Assembly (NCBI RefSeq): GCF_964355755.1
Contig: NC_092676.1
Location: 9,835,888 to 9,899,887 of the forward strand
Direction: 5' to 3'
DNA from: Antedon mediterranea
Lineage: Eukaryota > Animalia > Echinodermata
Length of the DNA stretch: 64,000 nt
The stretch's first letter is position 1. Each line of letters opens with the position of its first letter. Both the position numbers and the translations under genes were made by a program. Positions 38,876 through 51,000 of the stretch are shown piece by piece. Below the pieces are notes generated by a model. That model was not told the origin of the DNA, did not search any database, and saw nothing but the letters and a program-made list of their open reading frames with translations.

Positions 38876-41800
38876 TAGTGGAGTCTGTTAGGGCTGAAAT
38901 AAGGGTGTTTGGTTCAGTTTCTTCCAAAAGCACCAAATTTGGTATACAGGTTGCCCATCCTATACAAATTCAATTTTTGATGGGCGCCAAGCAAAATGAC
39001 CCCTTGGGTCACCTAATTTGCATAATTTAAAATGGCGGACATTTTCGCTTAAACAGTCTATATCTCTAAAAATACTGGTCATAGAGAGTTGATTTTTAGC
39101 CCAAAATGTTTAGAACATAAACATTCCTATTTACGCTAATGAAGTTTTTTTGAAAAAAATGACCGAAAGTACCAGTTTTAACCTTTGACCCATATTTTAA
39201 GGTATTGCCATATCTCAGTAAATAGTTGTCACAGACAGTTTATTTAAGTGTAAAATTGTTCAGAATATATATGTTACTATTTAATTTAATGAAACATTTT
39301 ATCCAAAAATGACTGGAAGTACTCAGTTTTGCCTTTGACCGTTACGATGTAATTACCAGCCTTGTTACGGTTAATATATTTTGATATCCATAAAACTACT
39401 TGTCATAGAGAGTTAATGTTGGTGTCAAAATGTTCAGAACATAAACATTTCTATTTACTATAATAAAGTTTTTTCTCAAATAATGACCAGAAATACCATA
39501 TTTGACCTTTGACCTGTTTTTTCAGGCAAATTGCCATATCTCATTATTGGGTTGGAGTGGAAAGTTCATTTTGGTGTCAGATTGTTCAGAATATATATGT
39601 TTCTATTCTGCTTAATAGAAGACTTTTCAAAAAAATGTCAGGAAGTATAGTTATTGGCTTGTTAAATACATAAAATTTATAAATTTGTTCAGTTAATTGT
39701 ATAGTTAACTGTATATTTATGATATTATTTTGCAACCCACTTTTGAGCACTTGTCGAAGATGGCTGCTTGCATGTGCAATTGAACAAAGTATACTGAACA
39801 AAGTTGAATAGATTGTCCTATTTGTAGTGAGTCTAGAGTGATGTAAATGAGAAATGAGAAAATTGTATATACAAAAAATACCCAATCTCATCTAATCGAG
39901 TAATTAAATGAAGTCTTCCACATATTTAGCAATAATGTGTAGGCCTACTGATGAAATCCAGTAAAAGTTTTGTTTTGGAAAGTTAGTGTTTCTGTCACTT
40001 GTGTTTGCTGTTGCATAACAATTTCATGTTGCTACATTTCTCTTTGTTGCCATAACACGAACAACCACTGAATGGGGAAAAGACACCAAAGATTTCTGTC
40101 CTCCAGACCTAAGTCATCCAAGGACCGTCGAGCTTGGTGGTTCTCAAAGATTTTCAAATAAAAAAAAAAAAGAAATTGACCATATACAGTAATCATCTAG
40201 AAGAGATTGGATGAATAGGAACAGTTTTGTTACTAATGACATGTTACGCTCTAGTATCCTCTTTTTCATATATTGCCCTTTTTTCAAACTTAAAATGAAC
40301 TCTGTATTGCATGTCCTTGACTATGAGAACAATGCAAATTTTATGAATGGAAATGTTGTGCAAAAATCAACAAAAAGGTTTAGCCTCATTTCTAAGAAAC
40401 AATATCATACTCAAGCTCAGAACATGATGGGGCATTTCGTCTTTACGAGAACACTGAAAATATTACAATTACCATACATGTGCTTATGGTGACTGAACCA
40501 ACCAGACTGTTCAAGGATTGCTAAAGAAGTTTGAATAAGCCATTATTTTCCAAATACTCGATATGAGAAAGGACACATCATTCAATACTTTGAAAATGTA
40601 CATAAAAGAAATGAAAGTAATAAAAGTAAATCTGTTCATGAGGTTAAAACAGCTCATCAATACATTATGTTACACAAGCCAAGAGTTGTTACCAATTCCA
40701 ATATAACAACAATTTAACATTTACTAATCAACCAAAAATCAAGTAAAAAGGCAATAATGAAAAAGATGATACTAAGGCGTAATGTCATAAGTAACAAAAC
40801 TGTAATACCCAAATCGTGTCCAGATGATGGCCAAATTTTTTAAAATTAAAATTCGAGAATTCTGCCAAGTTTGGCGGACCAAGGATTACTTTAGGTCTGG
40901 TGGAAAAAATATATTTTTCAGTTGTGGTTCGTGATATGGCAACAGTAGTCTAGTTTTTATATTGTGCATCCCGAAAATGTCCATCCTTTTAATTAGTAGG
41001 TTATACCCCAGTTTGAAGGCCCTTTAAAGAAAGATACTCAGCGAAGAAATGCAATATAGGACAATTACCCTGAATGTAACAACCAAACAAACACAAGTGA
41101 TGGAAACACTAACTTTCCAAAACAAAACATTATTGCTAAATGTGTAGAAGACTTCATTTAAGTACTCGATTAGATGAGAATGAGATTGGGTATTTTTTGT
41201 CTATACAATTTTCTCTCATTTGCGTTACTCTAGACTCACTACAAATAAGACTATATTCAACTTCATTCAGTATACTTCGTTCAATTGCACATGCAAGTAG
41301 CCATCTTCGACAAGTGCTCAAAAGTGGATTGGAAAATAATATAAATATACAGTTAACTTGAACAAATTTATAATTAATTTTTATGTATGTAACAGGTCAA
41401 CTGTACTTCCTGACATTTTTTGGAAAAATCTTCTATTAAACATAATAGTAACATATATATTCTGAACAATCTGACACCAAATTGAACTTTCCACGCCAAC
41501 CCAATAATGAGATATAGCAATTTGCCTGAAAAAACAGGTCAAAGGTCAAATATGGTATTTCTGGTCATTATTTGAGAAAAAACTTTATTATAGTAAATAG
41601 AAATGTTTATGTTCTGAACATTTTGACACCAACATTAACTCTCTATGACAAGTAGTTTTATGGATATCAAAATATATTAACCATAAAAAGGTTGGTAATT
41701 ACACCGTAACGGTCAAAGGCAAAACTGAGTACTTCCGGTCATTTTTGGATAAAATGTTTCATTAAACTAAATAGTAACATATATATTCTGAACAATTTGA

Positions 41801-42164
41801 CACTTAAATAAACTGTCTGTGACAACTATTTACTGAGATATGGCAATGCCTTAAAATATGGGTCAAAGGTTAAAACTGGTACTTCCGGTCTTTTTTTTCT
41901 AAAATACTTCATTAGAGTAAATAGTAGGAATGTTTATGTTCTGAACATTTTGAGCTAAAAATCAACTCTCTATGACCAGTAGTTTCAGAGATATAGACTG
42001 TTTAAGCGAAAGTGTCCGCCATTTAAAATTATGCAAATTAGGTGACCCAAGGGGTCATTTTGCTTGGCGCCCATCAAAAATTGAATTTGTATAGGGTGGG
42101 CAACCTGTATACCAAATTTGATGCTTTTGGAAAAAAGTGAACCAAAATATAACAGACTCCACTA
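38876..42164. mobile_element. Academ-like non-autonomous element with ~1.2-kb inverted arms
   Basis: Termini TAGTGGAGTCTGTTA / TAACAGACTCCACTA with a 3-bp TSD TAT; arms ~38876-40137 and ~40865-42164; no long ORF. Confidence 0.85.
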
Positions 42165-42368
42165 TATTCATACTTTGACAATTTAATATCTACGTCGTCA
42201 GTAATAATTATTATTATAATGTATTCTATATTAAAAAATCGGAAAATGGTTTTCATTAGAGCCCTTATTACTTAAGTAAAATTGTAGTAATGGGGCTATT
42301 TAATATTTTGTCGTTTAAAATATTATTTATTAATCTTATAAAATGTATATACTTTATTTTAAAATTAA

Positions 42369-42694
42369 AGATGTATTGTCTCCCAAAATCATGAAAAATA
42401 AAGAATAGGCCATTATGCAATTTTAATGAAGTTGTTCACTTCCATAAGAAAAAAGAACGGGGAAAACAATTATTTCAACTATAAAAAGACAAAATAAACA
42501 GTTAAATTACCCAAAAACTCATTGGCTTCCAGACAATTTGACAATTTTTTGCTTTAAATTACAGTTTTTTCAGGTAAATAATTTTTTTTCAGACCCAATT
42601 TTTTGTGAAAGTGAATAACTATTATGTGACATTAAAATAACATATTCAACAAAAAGATTTAAAAAAAACATTTTTTTCAGGGGACAATATATCT
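42369..42694. mobile_element. TTAA-flanked MITE (Kolobok-like) nested in the IS3EU-like element
   Basis: ttaa|agatgtattgtctccc ... ggggacaatatatct|ttaa. Confidence 0.7.
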
Positions 42695-44277
42695 TTAAGA
42701 TAATAATAATCATTGCAGAAATAATGATGCTGAAAGCTGTCCGTTATTTGAAAAAAAAAACATTTAAAGAACTGACTACAGAAGATTGCTCACGTTAGTT
42801 TTATTATAACAATCATCCACCCTGCGAAACCTAATAACCTTTAACCTACAGTAGTAAGTAGGCCAGGTAGCCTATGTTGGCTAGGTTCAGGACTGATTGC
42901 CCATAAAACATTCGATGTATAAATATCAACACCCCAGACAGTGTAATAATGACCTTTCCAGACCGAAGCTGGTTTGACTGAGGGTCTGGGCTTCTCCAAG
43001 ATTACGCAAGTTGTCTAGGACCTCTTCAGGTAAAGCTTCAATAATGGGGCTATTCGATTCGATTCGAACATTCGATGTATAAATATCAACACCCCAGACA
43101 GTGTAATAATGACCTTTCCAGACCGAAAACCATTCTGCCCGAAATTACAATACTTTCTCGATACAACTCCATATTTTATTAGTGGAAAATGCATTTTTAT
43201 TTAACATCAATCTTATCAAGCCAGGCAAAGACTGAATACGTACATTAAAAGTACAAAGAACAATGTAAACCTATAAACAATTATTTGCAATTACCAATGT
43301 ATAATAAATAAAATCAATCATGGAGAAGGTGGAAAGATTATATACACTGCCATGGGAATGGATACTTGAGTGGCGCCATATGTCAGTTGTGTGAACACCC
43401 ATTTAACTATTTGGTCAAAGTTGAATTATATCTTTCGAGGGTGTAAATATATAATAATATGCAACCGAGAGTAAAATTAATAGTTAAACGTAAATTTGAA
43501 ATTAAATTTAACTTTTTAACGACAATTTGCAATACTCATAATCTATGGCGTACCAAACTGTCATTTATTTAGGCAACTAAAATATCTTAGTTTTTAATAG
43601 ATGTAGTTAGTTTACAATATAGATCTTAGGTTCCAATAGAGATATATCCCTGTTATAACCAAGATATCTTTTCAATAAAGATATCTCTATTATTCCAATT
43701 AGAGACAATTAATATATGTCTTAAGAGATATATCATAGTTTTGTTACCTTGAGTTAGGCCTATTAGCAATTTAGTATTCCTATCAAATAAACTTGGTAGG
43801 CCTATATAGACGACGCAATTCCCATAAGAATAAATAGGCCTATACTAACTATTATATTAAAATAAATGTATTAACTAAAATCATTTCATTACTACTCAAC
43901 TTATCAGATGTTATCGTAAATAGTGTTGTCATTTTCTTTATCAATATTATCGGTATCGATATAAATCTTCAACCATCTTTAATATTTATTACCAAAATTG
44001 GTAGGCATATAGGGCTACCCGGGAGGGCTACGTGTTCCGTTTTGCTGAATCGGAATTAATTTTAAGTATACAATAATATTGTTATACGTCAGTATAAACT
44101 GTACTTATACTCGACGCAAAGTATTCAAGTTCACCGGTGTAGAGGAGGTCGTAAAATGATATTCGCGAGCTGTTTGATCGTAGGCCTATAACTGTCAATC
44201 TTCGAGTTTCCCATAACAACCCCGCCTTCTAATTTAAATGTTAAAACGTTTTGTCCCACGCTTGAGTAGGCTCGGCT

Positions 44278-44826
44278 AACAAAATTTATTTTGTCGCGAC
44301 AAAATAAATTTTGTTGCAACAAAATGAATTTTGTCTACACAGAATGAATTTTGTCTACACAGAATGAATTTTGTCTACACAGAATAAATTTTGTCTACAC
44401 AGAATACATTTTGTCGCCACAAAATGAATTTTGTCCACACAGAATTAATTTTGTCTACACAGAATTAATTTTGTCCACACAGAATTAATTTTGTCTACAC
44501 AAAATGAATTTTGTCGTTACAGAATGAATTTTGTCGCCACAAAATGAATTTTGTCGTTACAGAATGAATTTTGTCTACACAGAATTAATTTTGTCAACAC
44601 AGAATTAATTTTGTCTACACAGAATGAATTTTGTTTACACAGAATTAATTTTGTCGAGACAAAATGAATTTTGTCAAGACAAAATTAATTTTGTCCACAC
44701 AGAATAAATTTTGTCAACACAAAATGAATTTTGTCAATACAAAATGAATTTTGTGTTGACAAAATGAATTTTGTATTGACAAAATTAATTATGTGTAGAC
44801 AAAATTGTAATATTTCGACAAAATTA
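44278..44826. repeat. 21-bp tandem array in the right arm (reverse complement of 38094-38622)
   Basis: (acacagaat[g/t]aattttgtct)n. Confidence 0.95.
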
Positions 44827-45079
44827 GCATTGTCCCATACGGCGCCCCGTACTCTACACACTTTCCACTGGTCATCCACCACACACACACGTGTCGTCGC
44901 TGGTGGTGCGTGACGACAATAAATGACGTAATTTCTAATAATCTTTGATTCTTCTGTAGAAAAAAAAGCTGACGGCGGCGGAAGAGAGTATTTGGCAAGA
45001 AGTTACGAAACCTGGCGTTAAAAAGCTAATTAATGTATTTAAATAATAAATAATTGTCTAGGATAGCCTGACAAACCAT

Positions 45080-48000
45080 ATGGATTTTGAAAAGCTTCTG
45101 AAATTAGCGTCAAAAAATCAGAAAAATGCAGAAAAAGAGGTCAGTAACTCTATCTAGGCTAGCCTAGGCCTAGGCTAGCCTTTCTTATTTTATAGTTCTT
45201 GACCGCAAGATCCAGCAGTTCAGAATCTGCTTTCTAGGCTCACAATAGGCACACATACAGTAGGCCTAAGCCTGGCTAGCCATGTCTTTAATAGATAGAC
45301 GTCGGAATTAGATCATTCCATGACTTATTAAGGGAAGAAGGCTAGGCTAAATAATTATGTGAATATAATTAACATTAATTTTTTCTAATTTTTATTTAAT
45401 ACTTAATTATTAAGCTTAGTTAGTAATGTTAGGCCCTATCTTTGCATTGTATATTTTTTGCTTAAAATCAATAATATAGTATATAGATAAGATTATAATA
45501 TAAGAAAAGAAATATTGAGAAAGAAATGCCTTCATGGTAAAGTACTGCCTCAATAGGCCAAACAAAGAGAGGTTTGTTTCGTTGTCCCATATGATGATGA
45601 CCTACAGTAGGGGCGTAGCAGACACGATACAGTAGTACTCATCATGACATGATACGACACTCAGGCATACGCCATATCTCCCACCGGTACCCATCTCCTC
45701 TCCTGGCTGGTGGGTGTTTTTGCTGGATGGCCGTTGTTGGTTCTCTTGAACCAACGCCCTTGTGAGGGCTACTCCGCCACACCATGCTCCTAAAGAAGTT
45801 GATGTGGGTACCGGTGTGTGACAGTGGCTGTGTGTGGACTAGTACACCGGGTAACCCCCTACTAAGAGAGGTTATGTTGACATTATAGGGTACAGTACTG
45901 TAGGTATTTCAACGTAGATGATTGTTGGGTTTTTTTTTAACTTTTAACAAGATAAAACTGAACCACTCTAATCATCCACTTTTATTCAGTATTTTTAAGT
46001 ATGTAAAATGGTGATTTTTTTTCTTAATTTTATTCTTTTTTTATAATCTTTTTTCATTTAAAAAAAATAAAAATTACTTTCTACTGTAGGGCCAGTAGGG
46101 CATATTTTTAGGGTTGGTCAGGTTACACCAACATAAGGTGTTTTTTTTTGGCCTAAAAGGGAAAACTTAAACTTGTTTGAATTGTGCCATCAATCAATAG
46201 ATTTTATTGACAATATAACTATTACAGTACTTCTCTACTCCATGCCCACAGAGTACATGATACAAGTTTAAAAATTAATAACTTCATAAATCATTACATT
46301 TATTTATAAATAAAACCATGAAATTTGAATGAAACTGTATTAGTATTTATATGATTGACTGTATCTTCTACAGATTAAAATTGCTATTATTATTTGTTTT
46401 CATTTGAAATTGTATCTAATTTTGAATTGATTTTTTATTCTCAGTTACCCCAAACTAAGCGATACAGCACAAATTTACCACCACCCAAAAAAGCTGAAAG
46501 GAAAGTGAATTCTGAAGCAATCCGGGCATTGATCAATAAAAAAGAAAAACCAAAACAAGTAGAAAAAGGTATGTACTTCCATAGACCATGTATTAGAGTA
46601 TTCATTGTCTATTTAAAATGAGCTTATTATTCATGAGTTGAAAATAATTATTATAACATACACCTGGTTAATATTTCATTAGATGAAAAATTGTCTGCTT
46701 TGTTTAACTTGGCTCGTCATTACAGTAAATAGAGCAGTCAATCTTTCCACTCATAAAATATTCAAACCATTCAACTGAAACATATATTATAAATGTATCC
46801 TAGTGTATGCATTCATTACAATGAAAGAAAGTCGCTGGGGTGACCTGAAATAGAGACTGTATAGTACATGTATATCAAATCTAGTCAACTGGATTTATTG
46901 TACTTGTAAGTAATGCATACTGTAGTAGTACTAGTACTGTAGCATTGACACAACCTACTGTACAGTATCCAGGTTGTGTACTCAAGCTGGATAGGTCTGT
47001 TTGTTGACCGTCTATGATCATTAAAATGAGTTTGATTGCAGGGCACACTTTTCTTCCTGGTCTCTGTGTATTATTATAGTACTGCAAGCTTGGTTTCCAC
47101 TAGGATGCACAAAGTATGCCTGTAATTATATATGGCCGGAAACAGTTGTGGGTTGGGGGTTGTGGCTTCCTCTCCACCAAGTAAATAAATCAAAAACTGA
47201 CATTTTTCTTTAACATTTACCAACGAATAACACCTCATGCTCAAACAGAGCTTTTTCGCTTAACACAGCTGTACTGTACATTGTTATAACCTTCTACTTG
47301 ATCGAACAATTATCAATACAATTAAGTTTTTTACTTTTAGTTGCTGAAACAAAGAATAAAGTAACAACACTGAAAAATGGAACTAAGGAGAAACAAAAAG
47401 AAAAGAAAGTTAAAGATTCAAAAGTCAGGACTACAGAAAGCAAGAAATCAAAAATAGAATATAAATCAAAAGAACATGAAAGCAAACATAAACATTTTAT
47501 GAACATGATTGAGAAAGATAAAGAGAAGAAACAAGAAAAGAAATATGACCGGCCAAGTAAAGAAGAAAAAAAGAAAAAAACATCTTCAAAACAACCAATG
47601 AATTTTAAAGATCTTATGGAACTGGCTAAAAAAAAACAAAACGGAGAAATGATAGTTGAAGCAAAACCAACAGAAATGTCAGAGGAAAAACAAACATCTT
47701 CTTCTAAGAAGAATGGTGTACGTAAAACAGAACCAAAAGAGAAAAGACAACTAGATTTTAAAAAAGATTCAGCGAAAGTCAAGTTAAGGAATGGTCAGAA
47801 TAAAATCGTGAACAAGATTTCAAATGGTGTTCATATAAACAATCCTAGAATTCCAGATGCCAAAGTAAAATGTGATGATAAAAAATCTGGTAATGGCATT
47901 AAAAGGTCCCCAGAGGGATATGCTAAAAACAAGACAGCTGTTAATGGAAAACCAGAGGATGGTTTAAAAAGGTCCTCAGAGGGATATGCTAAAAACAAGA

Positions 48001-51000
48001 CAGCTGTTAATGGAAAACAAGAGGATGGTTTAAAGAAGAGTATAGCAAGTGGAACCAACAACCAAAATGCAATTGCTGTGCTTGGAGGAAAATTAAAGAA
48101 ACCTATGCCACCACAACATAGAAGTTCTAATATGCCACCCCAACATAGAAACTCAAACATGCCACCCCAACATACAAACTCAAACATGCCACCCCAACAT
48201 ACAAACTCAAACATGCCACCCCAACATAGACGTCAAGTTAATGGCACACCAGTTAAGCGCAAAGGTAAGTATTCTGGGCTTGCATTTCTACCCTACTGTA
48301 GGGCAACCAAAAATGTATGTAGGCCAATTAAAAATGGTCAGTCCCGATGGTCAAGTAAAATAAACAAAATATTTCAAAAATGTTTTACATCAGTTGTTGT
48401 GGAATACAACTGTAGATCAGATGTTTGATAATTTCAGCCAGCAAATGTTTCGGGCACCAACAAATTTAGAGGTTACCTGAAACTCTGGTTGTCGACCGAA
48501 CAAAATCTTGATTGGAATGTAACAGTACAGGAATGCAGGAAACTAATGACAGGATTAATAACAATTCATGGATCTCCATGTTACCCGGACTGGCAATCCA
48601 CTCTCTGTTAAGATTCATGGATCTCCGTGTTACCCGGACTGGCAATCCACTCTCTGTTAAGATTCATGGATCTCCGTGTTACCCGGACTGGCAATCCACT
48701 CTCTGTTAAGATTCTGTACAGTACATGTCTCTCGTTCTCCCTTTAGTTGATCTAACTCTTTATATGAATAAATATTTGAATACAAAAACTGATTTTTACT
48801 GACATTACTTTTTTTCAGCGCCACCACCTAAAGGTAGAATGATGAAATTAAAACGTGGTCGATTATGCAGTGATGATGAGGACGACGAGGATGATGACTT
48901 CATTGATGACACTGGTGAAGACGTTGATGTCTCTAAATACATTAGACAGATATTTGGTTATGATAAACGCAAGTATGTACAGTATTACCTAGGATAATGA
49001 TGATAATAACATTTTTCTCAAAAAATTTCATCTGGTTTCAATGAATATTTAAATAAATAAAGGTTAACTTTTAGTTAAACCAGTTGACAAGTACTTACTT
49101 GCTACGTTTCAGCTACTTTCAGTAGCCTTGGTCACGCAAATGACGTTGACATGATGTTCTGTCATTCGTCATAGTTCGGTGAATTACGCCACCTCTCGTC
49201 TGATGTTCAGCTTTCTGCTGGTGTCCCCCTTTGGATGCTCGGGTGTCCCTTTTTATTAAGTCATTGTAGATGTGGCTCAGTTCATGTCCTCCCTGGTCTC
49301 TGTTGATGTTCATATTCGTTTTTCTTATCCAAATGGCTTCTTTTATTTTTCTTGATAAGTAGTGTTGTTCTTTGTCTAATATTTTTGTATTTTCAAAATC
49401 CGGTATGTGATTTTCTATGGTGGCGTGATCTGTGATAGCTGATTTGTGTAGAATTTTAGATTGTGAATGGCGAGCGCTCCTGGTTCTTGTCCCTACCGTA
49501 TTTTTTTCCACGTCTGTTTTGTGTTCTATTATTATCATCTTGCATTTTGGTGTTGACGGTATCATCTTGCATTTTGGTGTTGACGGTATCATCTTGCATT
49601 TTGGTGTTGACGGTATCATCTTGCATTTTGGTGTTGACGGTATCATCTTGCATTTTGGTGTTGACGGTATCATCTTGCATTTTGGTGTTGACGGTATCAT
49701 CTTGCATTTTGGTGTTGACGGTATCATCTTTCATTTTGGTGTTGACGGTATCATCTTGCATTTTGGTGTTGACGGTATCATCTTGCATTTTGGTGTTGAC
49801 GGTATCATCTTGCATTTTGGTGTTGACGGTATCATCTTGCATTTTGGTGTTGACGGTATCATCTTGCATTTTGGTGTTGACGGTATCATCTTGCATTTTG
49901 GTGTTGACGGTATCATCTTCCATTTTGGTGTTCACGGTATCATCTTGCATTTTGGTGTTGACGGTATCATCTTCCATTTTGGTGTTCACGGTATCATCTT
50001 GCATTTTGGTGTTGACGGTATCATCTTGCATTTTGGTGTTGACGGTATCATCTTGCATTTTGGTGTTGACGGTATCATCTTGCATTTTGGTGTTGACGGT
50101 ATCATCTTGCATTTTGGTGTTGACGGTATCATCTTGCATTTTGGTGTTGACGGTATCATCTTGCATTTTGGTGTTGACGGTATCATCTTGCATTTTGGTG
50201 TTGACGGTATCATCTTGCATTTTGGTGTTGACGGTATCATCTTGCATTTTGGTGTTGACGGTATCATCTTCCATTTTGGTGTTCACGGTATCATCTTGCA
50301 TTTTGGTGTTCACGGTATCATCTTGCATTTTGGTGTTCACGGTATCATCTTGCATTCTATTCTTACTACAGTATTCTGTGTAGAACCTTGTTTAAGTATA
50401 CAGTAGTCACAAATAGATTTGTTACATTATACAGCTGAGCTTCACAATTTTTTTCTATAAGTTTCAACATTTTTTTATTATGTTTTATACATTTTCCATC
50501 TATTTTCTTTTAACGATACTATATTAGATTTCTAATTGCTCGGTCAACATTAGTGATAGGATTTATGGAATTAATATTGTATATTTGTTTACTTTTAAGT
50601 TATGGCTTTGAGAGTGAACATGCACTGAACAATATGGAAGCCAGCTACAGTCAAATCATGAAGGAAGAGACTAGAAGGTATTATTATCTATTAAGCTATT
50701 TTTGAAGTTCATTCAATAAGCCGTTTATTATTTTTTTGGAGGGGGGAGGGTGTAATTAGGTTAATGTATAATCAAATCAATTATCTCTAGATATAAACAA
50801 ATTTTGCAACACAATTAATATCAAGACATGATAAAATATGCTAAAAAATGATCAGAATGTTTGGTAAATCGTAGATCATGGCAGTCAATGATTCTGCTAC
50901 AAATAGTAATGTGATACAATATTGTGTAATTTGACAATAATATTCATTCTTATATAGCTAGCGTGTATTGCACAATGCTTCTACTGTGTAAGCACTTCAC

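Larger units (their letters stand above)
38069..44851. mobile_element. 6.8-kb non-autonomous foldback element, IS3EU-like
   Basis: Termini TACGGGGCGCCG / CGGCGCCCCGTA; exact 6-bp TSD CTCTAC (38063-38068, 44852-44857); ~640-bp arms (38069-38721, 44218-44851). TAY..RTA ends with a 6-bp TSD are the described IS3EU signature. Confidence 0.85.

Noticed and set aside
39586-41361. Paired similar ORFs (39586-39891 minus, 41140-41361 plus)
   Set aside because: Their similarity comes from the inverted arms of the Academ-like element; no transposase motifs are recognisable.
45590-45870. GC-richer intronic block resembling a snoRNA or SINE core
   Set aside because: I could not identify properly placed C/D or H/ACA boxes or Pol III A/B boxes; probably a repeat fragment but not supportable.
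47294-48214. Antisense Phe/Ser-rich ORFs
   Set aside because: Reverse complement of the Lys-rich SPT2 exon.
49432-50406. Three ORFs of about 300 aa
   Set aside because: They are translations of a stop-free 27-bp minisatellite inside an SPT2 intron.
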